A stretch of DNA of 64,000 bases, from the NCBI RefSeq assembly GCF_038025025.1, contig NW_027117350.1:992001-1056000 (forward strand), in the 5' to 3' direction. This document shows positions 50,201-63,323 of the stretch, piece by piece (within the stretch, counting starts at the first letter, position 1; each line of letters starts with the position of its first letter). Position numbers and translations under genes: made by a program. Source of the stretch: Phyllosticta citribraziliensis (lineage: Eukaryota). Below the pieces are notes generated by a model, which searched no databases, was not told the DNA's origin, and saw only the letters and a program-made list of their open reading frames with translations.

Positions 50201-53200
50201 GATTTGGGCGTGGATATCCTTGCACAGAAGAACGAGTCAGCCTGAACCCTGCCAACGTGTTCGCGGTGTTGTCCAGCCAATAGTGTTTGTATCTTTGGAC
50301 CAACAGCTCATGGCACTTTCAAGACTACGTTGTTTTCCAGACACGGAAGCGGCTGCGCCGTAAATCGACTTTGCGTTGATGTGACAGAATTGCAAGTGAA
50401 GTATGACCACGGGTCAAGCGACAAAACGGGCGTGTCCGGTCCGAGGCAGCTGTTCGTCCATTGCATGACCAACCTCGCACTTTTTTTTTCTTTTTTTCTT
50501 TGTTTGGTGTGGAACGCATGCGAAGGCGAATCGGAGCGACAGTTTCAAGGACCTGCAAATAGAATTAGTTGGCTGAGACTTACTCTGCCATAGCCATCGC
50601 TCGCTAGTGGTTTATGGCTGCCTTGGATGAGCAAGGAAGACTGGGTCCAATGACACTTCGAAGGGCTAGTGCATTTGCTATTCAATGTAGCGGCGGATAG
50701 TTCTGGAACAAAAGCTAGGCGTGGAAGACCGGTGTGCTACGGTGGATACTGTGTAAGTAAGTGATCGTGGCTTACATCATGCTTGATGACACCACGCTAG
50801 CGATGTGCCGGAAGTTTGCCTGTGTTTGACGCAGCTCTTGTGTGCTCCGCCATCTCACCGGCCGAAGATGAGCTGATGCAGCCAAAGTTAACATAGAGAT
50901 GTGATCGACTACCAAATCCAGTTAGCGGCGGAAGTGAGCCGTTGTTGGCAGGCTGGTTTGTGTGGGGGGGTTCAAGGGTCGGCGTCACCCAAGCGGGGCG
51001 CGCTATGGGCAGTGGTGCTTACCTACGGGCTTCCTTGTTGTATGTATCCCAGCTGCGGCGAGACAACTTGGATTGTTGCGGAATGCACAGCTGCAGGCGA
51101 CTTGGATTCACCACCTGCTGTGCGGCGTCTTGCTGTACAACACGTAGTCCATCGTCACCGGCGCGCGCAGAACGTGAATCCACTGATTGACCAATCATAG
51201 GTGGAATTGTGCATTCGAAAAAGGGGTGTGGGGGCATAACCGTCTCGTCGTGTGGAATCTTCCGCTCGCACGCGTCTCCCACTGGTCTGTTTCCAGTAAC
51301 GTATTTCCGATTCAAACGGGATACACTTTGAACATCAAGTGACAAGCGACAAATCATCTCGGTGATGCACGAGGGCAGAGTAAGGAACTCCGACAAAGAG
51401 GCTTGGTCGTTAGACGCGCGCCAGAAATGATGAAGATCGCAAACAGGCCTGAGATTGGACGGGGACTGTAAATCCGAGGCGTTGAATGCGACGCTATGTG
51501 GTGGGCCGGGGTCGGTCAGGTCGAATTCGCGGCATCCAGCCTCGGCGAGGAAAAGGTTGTCGTCTTGCCACCACGAAGCGGGTCAACGCCAGCGACCATT
51601 CGATTCGCTGCCGCGTGGCTTCGCAGGGGTAAGCGGGCGAGACGGACGAGGGGCCATTATTTCATCCTCTGCTGCACGGCGCTGCGAGAGTCCCACGGGA
51701 CACACCCAGGCCGGGGCAAGGAAGCATCAATCAGGGGAGGCCTCGGTTCGCCGCGCCAGCTGCCCGATCGACATAGACAAAACTAGCCTTGCAGCGTGTC
51801 TTACTAACTAAAAGCTGCGAGCAAGGAGCTAGGGAATCGAAATATATTGGCAATGCTCGAGTCGGCGTCGAAACTCAGGTTGCCTGCACACCTGGGCGGC
51901 CTGCACATGGACTTGCACGAGTAGGTCTTTACTCTTTCGGCTTCGCTGGGAGCATGACGCACATGATGGGTCGCCAGAACCCCATGCCAGTGGAAAAAAT
52001 AATAGCGACGATATATGACGCTTGCGGCAAAGGGAGTATTGCCGGGACTGCCGGCGGTGGAACACACCGATTCTCCGTCGTCTGCACGCCGCTCCCAGGG
52101 GTTTGACGGAGGCAAGATCAACAGTCGTCCAGGCGCAGCAGAGGGGGTTTGAGAGCGATGACCTGTCGCCCGGGGCAGCATGGACATGGTGCTTCGGTCA
52201 GCGTGAGACGGCATCCAAGCTGGTCACAGGCGAAGGAGGAGAGACTTCTGCATGGAGGCGGCGTGGCGGCGCGTCGAGACGCAGACGCGGAAAATTTCTT
52301 GCAGGACCGACGGTCGCACTGATGGGGACAGGCGATGATCATCGTCGTGTGGAGTGGGTACAGTGCAATCATTGCCAGCGCCCCTCGCGATACTTGTTTG
52401 GCGTTGCCCTTCGTGTTCACTGCTCCGCGCCGGTCAGCCAGGGCTTCGGGCCTGAGCCTGAGCCTGTCGCTGTCAGCCACGGGCACGCTTCGTGCCGCAA
52501 CAGCGTGAGCGAATACGGGCCGGGATCTAAGCCGTGCGCGCAGTGCTGGAACCCGCCCACTGATAGCCTTGTGACGGCGGCCCTTTTTTCGTTCCAGTCC
52601 AGTCGCATCGTCGCCTGGTCTGATGATGGTCTCACACGCTGCCTGCTTCTGCTGGTGTTGACCATGAGATGATGATCGACTGCAAAGCGCTGGCGGAACA
52701 TGGTCGGAATGCTGACTCGGCGAGCGTCCAAGACGAGCGAGGGGCTAAAACTGTTGGCGGGCAGGATGAGGGCGAAAATTTTAGAGGGGATCCCAGGGAG
52801 AGGCGCGAGAGTTGTCCGAGCAGGTGAATCTAGAACATGGGGGTCGGCGTCGGTTGTGTTTAGTGTGAGGTGAAGAGTCGCGCCTCCGTGCTCTGGTCTT
52901 GGGAGAAAGTTGGATGACTAATGGATTCTGTTAGCTCGCGGTACGTAGTTGGCGAATGAGGACAACACAGAGATTTACAGCAAAACCGTGGTTCGATCAG
53001 ATAGACGACAGACAGACACGGAGTGTAGTGTAAGGTAGAGGGAGCGTTCCATAGTGAATTGAAGTGGTTGCGCTGCCCTGGCTGCTTCCTTGAGACTGCG
53101 GTGGCCGTCGCTACTTCCTCATCGTGGAAGACAGAGCGCTGACTAACTAAGGCTCTGTCCACGTCCATTTTCAGTTCTACGACACCGACGACAACATCCC

Positions 53201-55697
53201 CATGTATCCTTCTCCTCTCTTTTCGCCCAACCACCATCAGCCCATCTCGACCACGCCAATTACACGAGGACCAACCCCTGTCTCTGTACTACGCCGGGTC
53301 ATGCCGCCAGCCCAATCCCTCCCTCCATGACCATCGCATCCGCATCTCCACCGGCCTTCGAAACGCGATCCTGCATTTCTCGACGGAACCTCGCGGACAC
53401 ACCGGACGAGCTGCCTGTTTGAGGCTTTCCCTTTGACCTGCATCATCGGCATCGCCCACGGACACAGCCACGTTGTCGTTGGCGGTCATCTGCGCCTCCA
53501 CCCGCCAGTACGTCATGCCGATATTATTTTATCCATGTGCGACCAACAGCACCGCCCTGTCGCAATCCTTCTGTCACCCTGCCGCCCGTCCGGCCAGGCC
53601 CCTGCAACCAACCTTGGGTCAAAGTTTCTGCTTGTACTTCAGCTAATGGTTTGATTGAAACCGCGCCCGGCCGGTTCCACTCTCGCCTGCGCAACTCGCA
53701 ACTTATCGACTGGAACCCTCTTCAGATGGTGGACTTGAGACTCGTCACAAAATGACGCCTGCCGATGCGCTGCAACCTTGTCCTTGAATCGTGCCCCTGG
53801 CCTCGCAGATGCCGTGGGCGGCAATGGTCGACAACGCTATGTCAGGTCGTTTTCACGTTGCGTCAGCCTGTCAGCAACACACCATCTCCCAGTCGCTAGC
53901 CAAGAAAGCGAGCAAAAGTCGTGCAGGTGCGGGGCGCTCCAGATCCCGTGGCCTACGGGTGGCTCCAACACTGACGATCGTCACTGGGAGATGGCAGAGC
54001 TAGGAGTAGCACGGCCAGACAGGCGACCAGAGGGCCCGCCTACTACAAGTGTGTGGGTGGCGGTCTGTGGACCGGCGCTTCGGCGGGGTGTGTCGTGCTC
54101 CTGGGTCAGGGCCTTCTGCGTATGCGGAAGAAGTGGTTTTTTTCTCTCTTCCCTGCTCGCTTTTCGCCTACAGCATATGGCAACGCCACACGACTCAAAC
54201 TCAAGGAATCAGCTCGAAGCGACCCGCACTAGCAAGGGAGCCGCCTGCAGGAAATAGAGCGGATACAGAGACGAGTGAGAGGGATGAAAAACAATGCTGT
54301 GCCTGGCCGCATGCTTACGCAGACTCCTGGGATGCTCCACCATCTATCACTCGCCCAATCCGGCGTTGTTATGAACATGCTCATCCCGTCACTACGATGA
54401 TGAGACGAGGCACCATTCCAAAAGTAAAGACCAACGCATTCCAGCAGCACGAGATGAGCACCAACAGCAATCGGCGTTCTGCGGTTGGTGCGTCTGACAG
54501 GTCTCGTCCTCATCAACTCACCACTCGACTCGTCCATGTCCGCTTTTCGACAGCATTTCCGCCGTTTCATCCGTCTCCACACGCGCGCCCGCAGTCCCAA
54601 CGCAAGCATGGGATGCCGGCGGCGGAGGTGGTGGCCGCTCTGTGATCTTGGCACTTGGGCCTCAATCCGCACACGCTTTACACTTCACACACACTTCACA
54701 ATTCGCACAATTCTGTCAATCTCCGCCGTGGCACGGCCGTTGCGTCTGGCCTGCATCACCAACAAGGCCCGATTTTGGCGAGGATGGAGCCGGCGCCAGT
54801 TAATTCTGGAAAACCCGCTAGCTCCTTCGGACCGCCGACCAGCGAGGAGCCCCCCTGAACGGCCCAAGGACCCAACACAGACGCCGACAGATCGTTAGGC
54901 ACGGCGGCTAAAAAAGATGCAGAGGCCCCTTCTTTGCACTCGCCTGCCGAGCCTTATGCGTGATCTTCCTTACTCGAACCAACGTCGTCGGCAGCCTAGT
55001 GCCACCCAGTGCCTCTGACCGCTGTTCCTCCAGCCACGAGCCCACCCTGTCCACCACCCTCGACCTCGCCCCAGCATCGTCATGCGGGACGGCCGTCTCA
55101 AAACGAGCCAGCTCGGCTCGTCGGTAGTTGGCTGACGGCGTCCTGTCTGCAGGTTTCGGCGCCCTCGTCACCCCTCCATCCCTCCCACCATTCCACCAGG
55201 AGTGTTTTCGTGCCTTTGCAAGAGTCTAGGCGGCAAGGAGCTCCGTTGCGCCACGATACAAATCCGCGCCATTGCTCCGCCGCCCGCAGACCTGATTGGT
55301 TGACCATGATCATGATTAAAAGATCAGCCTGCCCTGTTCAAGCCCGCCAGCCCGTGCCACACCGGCTACCCACACCCAGCTAGCTGGTTTGACGAGCACG
55401 TCTGCTGCCATCCCCGTAGATGGGATTTCCACTAAAATAATGGGCAACCTGGCCCTAGTCGTGACCCGCGAGTTCCACCGAGGACACGGCCCCAGTACAT
55501 CCCACGAGCCGCCGTACACACTACCCACAGAACCTTGACACATGGAGTAATACTCTTGTGTCTGTCTAAGCTCCTCCGATCTAATAACCGTCTAGCTGCC
55601 TCACCCCCTGGTCCCCGTGAACACGTATGTTGACATCAGTCCCATATATGTCTGCCATGCTCCCACATCGCCATCAACAATCTCAGCATCTCCAACC

Positions 55698-56687
55698 ATG
55701 AACGTCATATCATCACCTACGACCTTTACCTCACGGCGAGACTCTCGCAATTCTCATGCTCCATCCCGCATTGAGAAGCCTCGGAGCATCCACAACAGTC
55801 CTACCGGCTTGGGAAGACGAAAGACTACCACCGCTGTCAAGAGATATGTAACTCTGGAGGATCGTTGGGATATGGTCTTTGGGGCAACCGAACCACAACC
55901 CGCGGAGGAAGTTGAATCCTGTGCTCGCTCCCACACGGCTTCTTCCAGTCGGCCTGTCAGTTGGCATCCTCTCTCCTCGGACGCTTTTGGCCTCGACTCT
56001 ACCGAGAACTTGAACTCGGACTCGACCTCCGCCAGCCCTGCTTCTGGCTACGCTTCAGCTCCCGCCATGGCGTACTTGACGGCTTTGGCCGAGCGCAAGA
56101 AGGAACAATATCCCGTTCCTGGCCTCAGCAGCACCGAACCATCAATGATCTCGTCTTACCCGGGATGCCAAGATCAACCCATGGCGGACTTGACCTACTC
56201 GGCACCCAACTACTCCTCTCGCGCACCTCACACCTCCAACCCTCGCATCGAGTCTGGATCTTCAGACTTCCTTGCCGAAAGCACCGACTACATGGATCCT
56301 GACTCCAAAGACTCGGGTGACGTCTTGGTTGGCATGGGCCTCTACGATCCTCCCAACTACGAGTCAATGTTGACGTCAGGCTTTGGAAAAGGATTGAAGC
56401 TAGAAGAGACCTGGCAGCCCCCGGAGGATGCTGAAGACGACAGCTCAGATGATGAGAGCGCGGATGAGCCCGCCGAACAAGAATCGGCCGCTCAGCATAC
56501 CAAGTCTACAAGTCAACAATACTGGTCCCCTCCCACCACTCAACAAACGACAACCTGTGGCTCGGATGGCATTCTTGGCCCCGATGAGTCCATGTACATG
56601 AATGAGTGGTGGTATCAACAGTTGAAGCGTCCAACCGCTCACGCCACTGGGCTTGGTTACGGCTGGCTCCAACAAGTCCAGTACTAA
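55698..56687 (+). CDS. Hypothetical Ser-rich protein with short conserved-looking motifs; true start may lie upstream via an intron
   Basis: Open frame of more than 330 codons with coding-like composition. Motifs RIEKP, SRPVSWHP, LVGMGLYD, GKGLKLEETWQPP and terminal YGWL resemble, from memory, a Pezizomycotina hypothetical family. Confidence 0.72.
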   Translation: MNVISSPTTFTSRRDSRNSHAPSRIEKPRSIHNSPTGLGRRKTTTAVKRYVTLEDRWDMVFGATEPQPAEEVESCARSHTASSSRPVSWHPLSSDAFGLDSTENLNSDSTSASPASGYASAPAMAYLTALAERKKEQYPVPGLSSTEPSMISSYPGCQDQPMADLTYSAPNYSSRAPHTSNPRIESGSSDFLAESTDYMDPDSKDSGDVLVGMGLYDPPNYESMLTSGFGKGLKLEETWQPPEDAEDDSSDDESADEPAEQESAAQHTKSTSQQYWSPPTTQQTTTCGSDGILGPDESMYMNEWWYQQLKRPTAHATGLGYGWLQQVQY

Positions 56688-57861
56688 CAAAATCAAAATA
56701 TTTCTCGACTCGGTTGAACTGAGCGGAATGATAGCATAGCGACGGCGTTTTTGATTCTTTTTTTTTTTTTTTTCCTTTTTGGGAGAATCCCAAGGTCCCT
56801 TTCATGAGAGTGCTCATGTTGGACGATGGTGGGGAAGATTTGGAACGACTTTGGCTTAGATAGAGATACCCCTCAACGCAGCTCAGCAGCGCGGAAAACG
56901 CCGCGGCAGTGCAAATGCACAAATGAAGAGAATGAATCAAATCAAAACCATCCGACTCTCTTGTGATTCTGATAGTGTTGAAGCCCTCTTAGTCAGATCC
57001 ATCAGCGATTCTCTCCGCTAGTCGGCTGTTGGAACTCGTAGCTGCGGGGCATAGGCGAAAAAAAGAAAAACGTGGTACAGTGAGCAATGGCACTGGCTCG
57101 GTCCCGATTCACGGGACGGCTTGCGGTGAGGTGAGTCACGCCCGCACTTGCAGATGCTTCGCGAAGACGGGGCAAAAGAAAAGAAGGCACAAATGCAGGC
57201 GGGGAGCATGGATTCCTGTCAACGTGCCAGGTAGATGGCTAGAGCCAAAGACAGAAAGGCACTGCAGTAGTGAGACCCAGGATACGGGATCAAGCACATC
57301 ACACGGAGGGGCAGGGCGCACACGGATGGTTTCTTTTCTATTCTCTTGGTCTGGTTTTGTTGATGGGCGAGGATGCATGCACAGAGCACCTACTCGATTC
57401 AGGCAAGGCCATGGCGGCCATGTTCCCAGAAACGCTTAAAACCTCGCCGCTGTCGAAAAAGAATCGAGAAATAAAAATAATGACGGCACCGATGGGGGGT
57501 CCAGCCGAGCCGGAGGATCCGGGCTCGACGAGCTGTGCACAGGTGGCAGGGGCGAATGGATCGAGCCGCAGGCGGAATGGCCGTGGGCTGCCAAAGAGTT
57601 TTGGGTTTGGCTTGAGAGTTGTGGCCTCGTTCCAGGCCGTGTTGGAGAGAGTCGTGTGTTGGTTTCAGCTGGTGTTGTGGTTGGTATCGAGGGCGGGAGT
57701 AGTGAGAGTAAGAGAGAGATTCGAAGGACCTGACGCCGCCGGAAGCGAGGACGCTAGTCGACTAGCGCGCGGCCTAAATTCTGAGCTTATTCGCTTTTCC
57801 AATTGAACATTTTTGACTCGACTCGACTCCAAGCTGGTTCCTCGACTTCACCAACTTAACC

Positions 57862-59285
57862 ATGCCGAGGTATCTTGTCACGCCATGGCGCGACGGCCAC
57901 GAACTCCTGAGCGTGCGTCAAAGCCTCTACTGGCGGGGCGACGGCGACGACCGTAGGCGGTCCGCCGTCGATACGGTACGTTTGCGCCGTGACGTGGGGT
58001 GTCGCCGAACTCGAAGGGGCTGATGACGATTTGATGGGACCAGGTTGCTGCGTGGAAGAGGAGGATGCCGCTGCCACACGCCATTGAGTCCACCGCGTCG
58101 CTTGTTGATGCGACGCTGCATGATGAGTCTCGGGACGCCTCTGCCCTGGCCGTACGGAATGCCTACTGCGCTGCTTTCAACAGGTCCGTCCTCCTGCTGT
58201 CATCCCTCGCCTGACCGCCCTAATGCCGCTTGCTTGTCCAGGTTCGTGACGGGCTTTTGCGACACGGTCCAGACGTCGTTCAAGAAAATGTCCATGTACG
58301 ACATGGCCGCCGAGCTCGACATGCCCACCAGCTTCGTCGAGCTGCGCCACGAGGCCACGCATGAAGACCTGCCCTCGCTGCGCCGTTTGCAAATGGCAAC
58401 CGAGCAGGCCCTCGAATGGCTCTGGCTCCACTACTGGGCTAAGCTCGATGCGGCCGCTCAAACGTCACAGGACGCCGACGAGGAATCCACTTCTGCCGAT
58501 GCGCGCGCCGACTTGCACCGAATCCTGAGAGCCTATCTGAACAACAGGCGGTCCGAGATTCGCACCTTTGGCGCCTCAACTCATTCCAACACATCGAGCT
58601 ACAGCCACGACACGAGTCGCGCCATCGCATCGCTGTTTGCAAAGCATTCCCACGCCTCGTCTGCCTTGGCGTCATTGCTTCTGGACGACCGGTTGATCGT
58701 CCCGTCGGACTACCAGTACGTATCCGTTTCCGCCTGCATGTTCTGAGTGCTCACCCCTGGCTCAGAATAGCAGAGCCCCTGGACGGCGCCTTTTGGATTT
58801 GGGACCCCGTTCTGTGCGCCCTCAACGGTGACCTTTACCTCGAAGCCTTTGTCGAACGTGCAGTTGCTCTCCTCGCGTCTCCGTCTGTCGAGGCAAAACA
58901 GGACCCCACCAAGGCAGCGATCTCCGAGTGGCTCCGCCACATTCTCATCGAAAACGCCTTTTCAACTCGAGACCATGTCATGCACGGCGTGCGGGCCTTG
59001 GCCATGACATGCTGCATGGCCCAGCCGGCATATTGGTGCCGCAAACTGGCCAAAAGCCTACTGATCGAAGGCGACGATGATTTCCAAGACGAGTGGCTTC
59101 CCATTCTCGAAGCCAGTCTGCCTGAAGCTTCAGGGACTGACAATGACGAAACCGCGGAAGCTAGCATCACTCCAGCTGGTGGCCTTTCCGGTGTTCCGCC
59201 CGGCGCCGAGGATGAAGACATGCAGGGCTGGACGAAATGGCATGCAAGCTGGCAGCCAATGCCAATTGGATTGGTTCCCACCTGA
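57862..59285 (+). CDS. LAS1: Las1 pre-rRNA ITS2 endonuclease (HEPN); introns 57976-58043, 58184-58241, 58716-58765
   Basis: MPRYLVTPWRD, AWKRRMPLPHAIESTASL, RFVTGFCD, SMYDMAAELDMPTSFVELRHEATHEDLPSL (HEPN RxxxxH), WLWLHYW, C-terminal WQPMPIG. Confidence 0.92.
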
Positions 59286-59560
59286 ATCCGCCAACGGTCC
59301 GCAACCTCCGAAATGACCATCACAAGCTGCGATGCCGCGTGGGAATCTCTTCAAGCTGCACGTCGTATGCACGCCGTGCTGCGTTGATGCTGTATCACCT
59401 CAGTGTAGATCCCAGTCGGACGCCATCCGCCGTGACACCTTGACCGACGCTTAATTCTGACGGGTACAGCGGCGCAATCAGTCGCTGCAGGCAATCGACA
59501 GCCACCGCTACCTTGGCACAATGAGTGTCGAAAGAAATGAGACTTCCTGGCAACATGAAT

Positions 59561-59678
59561 GCGCTTAGGGAGCATTCATTCATTACTACATCTATAATTT
59601 AGCAGCAATAACCTGCCATCCCAGTCGCGCTTAGGGAGCATCCATTCACCACTACAGTCGCGCTTAGGAAGCATTCAT
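59561..59678. repeat. Three direct repeats of GCGCTTAGGGAGCATYCAT(TCAYYACTACA), spaced 66 and 33 bp apart
   Basis: Copies start at 59561, 59627 and 59660. The first two contain TTAGGG and the third has TTAGGA. Confidence 0.85.
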
Positions 59679-62600
59679 GCGCTGCTGCAGCCAGACCCAG
59701 GGAGTCTCATTTCTTTCTACACCCACCGTGTTGGGATCTTTCTTTTCTTGCGTCGTGGCACAGCAGCAGAGCAAGTGACCCCCAGCCATTCTCACGCTAC
59801 ACAGTCACTTGGCATTGTACCTGCGGCACTTGCACCTGCAGCCCCGTCAAACCCACAGCGCGGACGCAGATACGAGGGCGATTGGGAGCCGTTTGTTATC
59901 AGTCGGCGTGACGCTTTGGCGCCCCGACTGTGCTCCGGCAGCGCGTCACCTCGAATATGTCTTGTTTCCCCATAAGCAACGCGCGATGCGGTGCAGATGC
60001 GCAAAAGTCCCAATTTGAAAGTGACCAGCGGCGGACATGTCACGAAAACTGACGGCTGGCATTGCAGCATGCCGTGTTTTGGTCAGCAGCCGGAGGGGAT
60101 CCACGCGACAGTCAGTATGAGAAAAACAAAATGATAGCCAACAGCAGCTTGCCTGCGACTTCGTCTTCGTCGGCTCTGTTCTGGTCTGGATTTTCGCACC
60201 CATCTCCTACCCACCCACCTTGCTACCTGTCCGCCCGTGGGACGGGCCGTGAGAGGTCTTTGCGCTCGCTCGCTTTGCTAACCCCACTCTGCCCGCCAAC
60301 GCCGCCTCCACCGCTTCGAGAATGCACTCATCCATTCGCTGCCTGTCGTTGTCCATCCGTCCCAGACGCAGACAGACAGACGGAGATACGCCGCCACCGC
60401 GTCCCACAACCCATGGCACCGGCTTTCCCGACGGACCACTTGTTCCAGCGCCAGCGCCGCTACTCCTGATCCTGCTGCAGCTGCACCTCGCTGCCCCCGA
60501 TGATCGAAAGGGACAATCGTCTACACCACCACCTCCTCCCGCTGCCACCGCCGCTGTCTAGCCCTCCCTCCGTGCCATGTCATCACGGTTTGGCCCCTGC
60601 TGCGACGCAATGCGCTTTGCTTTGCCCATCTCCTGCCGCCTGCTTTGCGCTACATATGCATCGCCTCCATGCGTGCGCCGATTGTGGATGCTGACGATGA
60701 GGATGAGGATGCTGCGGACACGGCGCCGGTGTACAAGCAGGCAGGCAAGCAAGCTCCAACAAGCTAACGAGCTGACGAGCTGCCTCCTCTCCTTTCCCTT
60801 CTTTGCCAGCCTGACCGCTTCGTCTCGCGCTGTGTCTTTTGTATCCGTACATTGACTACCGTACAGTAAAGTATAGACGCCTGCTGCCTGCCTGCCTGCC
60901 TGCCCGCCTGGCACCCTGCCTGGCACCCACCCTGCCATCCTGCCTACATACTCCTGGAAAAAGCAAACAGCTGCAGTAGGTAGGTAGGTACCCTCTGCCA
61001 CATTCCACACGGGCTAGCCCCCCATTCCTCTCCAATCATGCACCCAATGCACACAGTACAGTCTCCATGCATACACACGGATGGGTGCCGCGACCGCCAG
61101 GCAGTCGCTGCTCATGTACTGTACTGTACTGTGCATACGCACGTATATGCGGCTTGCCTACCTACCTGCCTATGTACTCCCCTACCTACCTCCTGATTCA
61201 AGAGATCAAGCAGGGCCGGGCCACGCAAGGCGCCGTTGAGCGAGTGAGCGAGAGAGCTCAGATGTTGGAGTTGGAGATGGAGTCGGAGCTTTGCAGCCCC
61301 TTGCCCCTGGCTGCCTGGGCCGGCCGCTGCGCTGCGACAGGCTGATACGTACATACGTATGTATGCTCCTTGCCTGTGTGTTTCTCAAGGAGTAACTTTG
61401 GGCGTACATGATCTATTACGCTATGTCAGAAGCACACTTCCACATATACATGAGTCTACAGTTACCTAAATGTGTACATATTGATAGGCACTCTAAGCAA
61501 GCAAGCAGTGAGCGAGCATCTTCTATACTGTGCACTAGTCCCTCACGAGCACTATGCGGAGCAGCAGTCGGGCACAGCACAGAGGTTATGCACTGCCCTT
61601 TGTTATGTGCTGGAGGAATGCGTACGTGCGCAATGCTCTGGTTTGGTCTGGTCTGATCAGGCCTTGATTGTATGAGTCTCCATGCGGGATCACTACACTA
61701 GGCTGGTAGGTAGGCAGAGAAGTAGACTGGCAAATGCACCCAGGATGGGATGGGATTGGATGAGATGAGATGGGAGATATGTTGCCGCCGAGGTTAACAG
61801 CCATGTCACGCTGTCGATCGTGAGATAAGACGGCTTTTTCGTTAATAGGATAGGGTGAGTGAGGGAGGAAGAAGAGTAAAAGCGAGAGAAGAGAGTATAG
61901 AAGTAACAGTAGAAATAGTCTCAATAGATGCATGCGCATGCCTCTTCAAATAGATCTGGTTTCCTCAAGGTGGCTACGAATTATCAGCGCATGCTTTGAG
62001 TTCCTTGTTTAATCTCCTCTTTAGAAGGGAGAGAGCGAGAGTAAGAAAGAGAGGGAGATGTACTAAATAACATCAAATATTGACCACATCACTTGAATAA
62101 TAAACAGGCAGTGTATGTCGAAATGAATGCCACTCCCCAGTTCTAGCTGTAGCACTGAATAAACAATCCTTAAGCGTAGCTATAGCAGCACACGAATGCT
62201 CCCCAGACGCACTTATATTTCTAGGAAGTCTCTTCTTTTCCGGCGCCCACCGTGCAGGGAGAAAGAAGTGGTGATAGTAATAGATGGTGAAAAACATTGC
62301 GTTTGTTAATTCCCTATTTCCTTTTCCTTTTCCTTTGCTCCTAGAAAGAGAGAGAAGATTCGTGTGAGAGAGGTGCACCATACCACTCAATCATCAAAAC
62401 CACCCATCATCCATGCCCTGCCCATGCGCACATATCGCCGCCGTTGCTCTGCACACACTACACTACACCACTGCGACTAGACTCTTCCTACCCTAAGCTA
62501 CACGCATAGTCTCCCTTTTTTTTAAGAGTAGAAGCAGAACAGCAGCGGCCAAAGTAGCTGCTGGTGCCAAACACGCAGCACGCGGCAGCACCCAAGCACC

Positions 62601-63323
62601 AATTTATCCAAGAACAAAAACCATTCATTGCTCATTGTTCATCCTATGGAGGGGTATCGTATCGTGTACTACTTACTATACGCACGCACACATGCGTATA
62701 TATAGTATATAGAGTGTGCCAACTCAACTCACCACATCCCCACGCGCGTGCACGCTCGAAGACAGACAGGCAGATAGACAAAAAGACAAGCTACACTTCA
62801 GCAGTAGCGGCAAAGGCAAGAATTTCTTTCTTCTCCCGTAAATGTAAGCATGAACGCAAAGGACGAGAAAGAAGAAGAACCAGAAGCCGCGCAGACAGCC
62901 GCCCGTCGTTTGGTATGTTGCGAAAGCGAAAAAGAGGTGTGCCTCCCAGAGCAAGGAAAGGAAAGGAAAGATTTCAGCGCGTCCGCCGCTGGGACGGGGC
63001 CGGTTGCCGTTGCAAAGAACGAGCAAAGGACAGAAGCCGCTCAAGCAGAAAAAAGAGTTCCCCCGTTGACGACGACGAGGATGTCGTCATCGTCGACTTG
63101 AAGCAGCTCCATCCATGACCATTCTTGGTTTGGATAACACAACTAGCTCACAGGCCAAAAAAACATGTAGAACCACCAAGAGAGACAACCAAACCCACAC
63201 GCAAGACGCAAGCAAACAAGCACAAGCGACATGCAGTAGCCCTCCCGCCACGGCACTGGGGGTATCTATCCAGCCAGCCACGCACCTCCGCTCCCGTCCA
63301 CGACGAAGAGAGCCTCGAGAGCG

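Noticed and set aside
45400..55600. Telomerase RNA, RNase P/MRP, SRP, tRNA or C/D snoRNA in the gene-free region
   Set aside because: No TAACCCTAA template or conserved boxes found by eye. ATGATGA..CTGA pairs near 51428 and 52669 lack a recognisable rRNA guide or terminal stem. A covariance-model scan is needed to exclude them properly.
16585..59285. Functional cluster of RNA-processing genes (TRM3, MKT1, NHP2, LAS1) or a secondary-metabolite cluster around the 2OG oxygenase
   Set aside because: The genes are interspersed with unrelated housekeeping genes, and there is no PKS, NRPS or terpene backbone gene. The phytoene-synthase-fold gene matches NDUFAF6 rather than a terpene synthase.
59561..59678. 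CRISPR-like repeat-spacer-repeat appearance
   Set aside because: Eukaryotic locus, only one spacer-like segment, degenerate copies and no cas genes.
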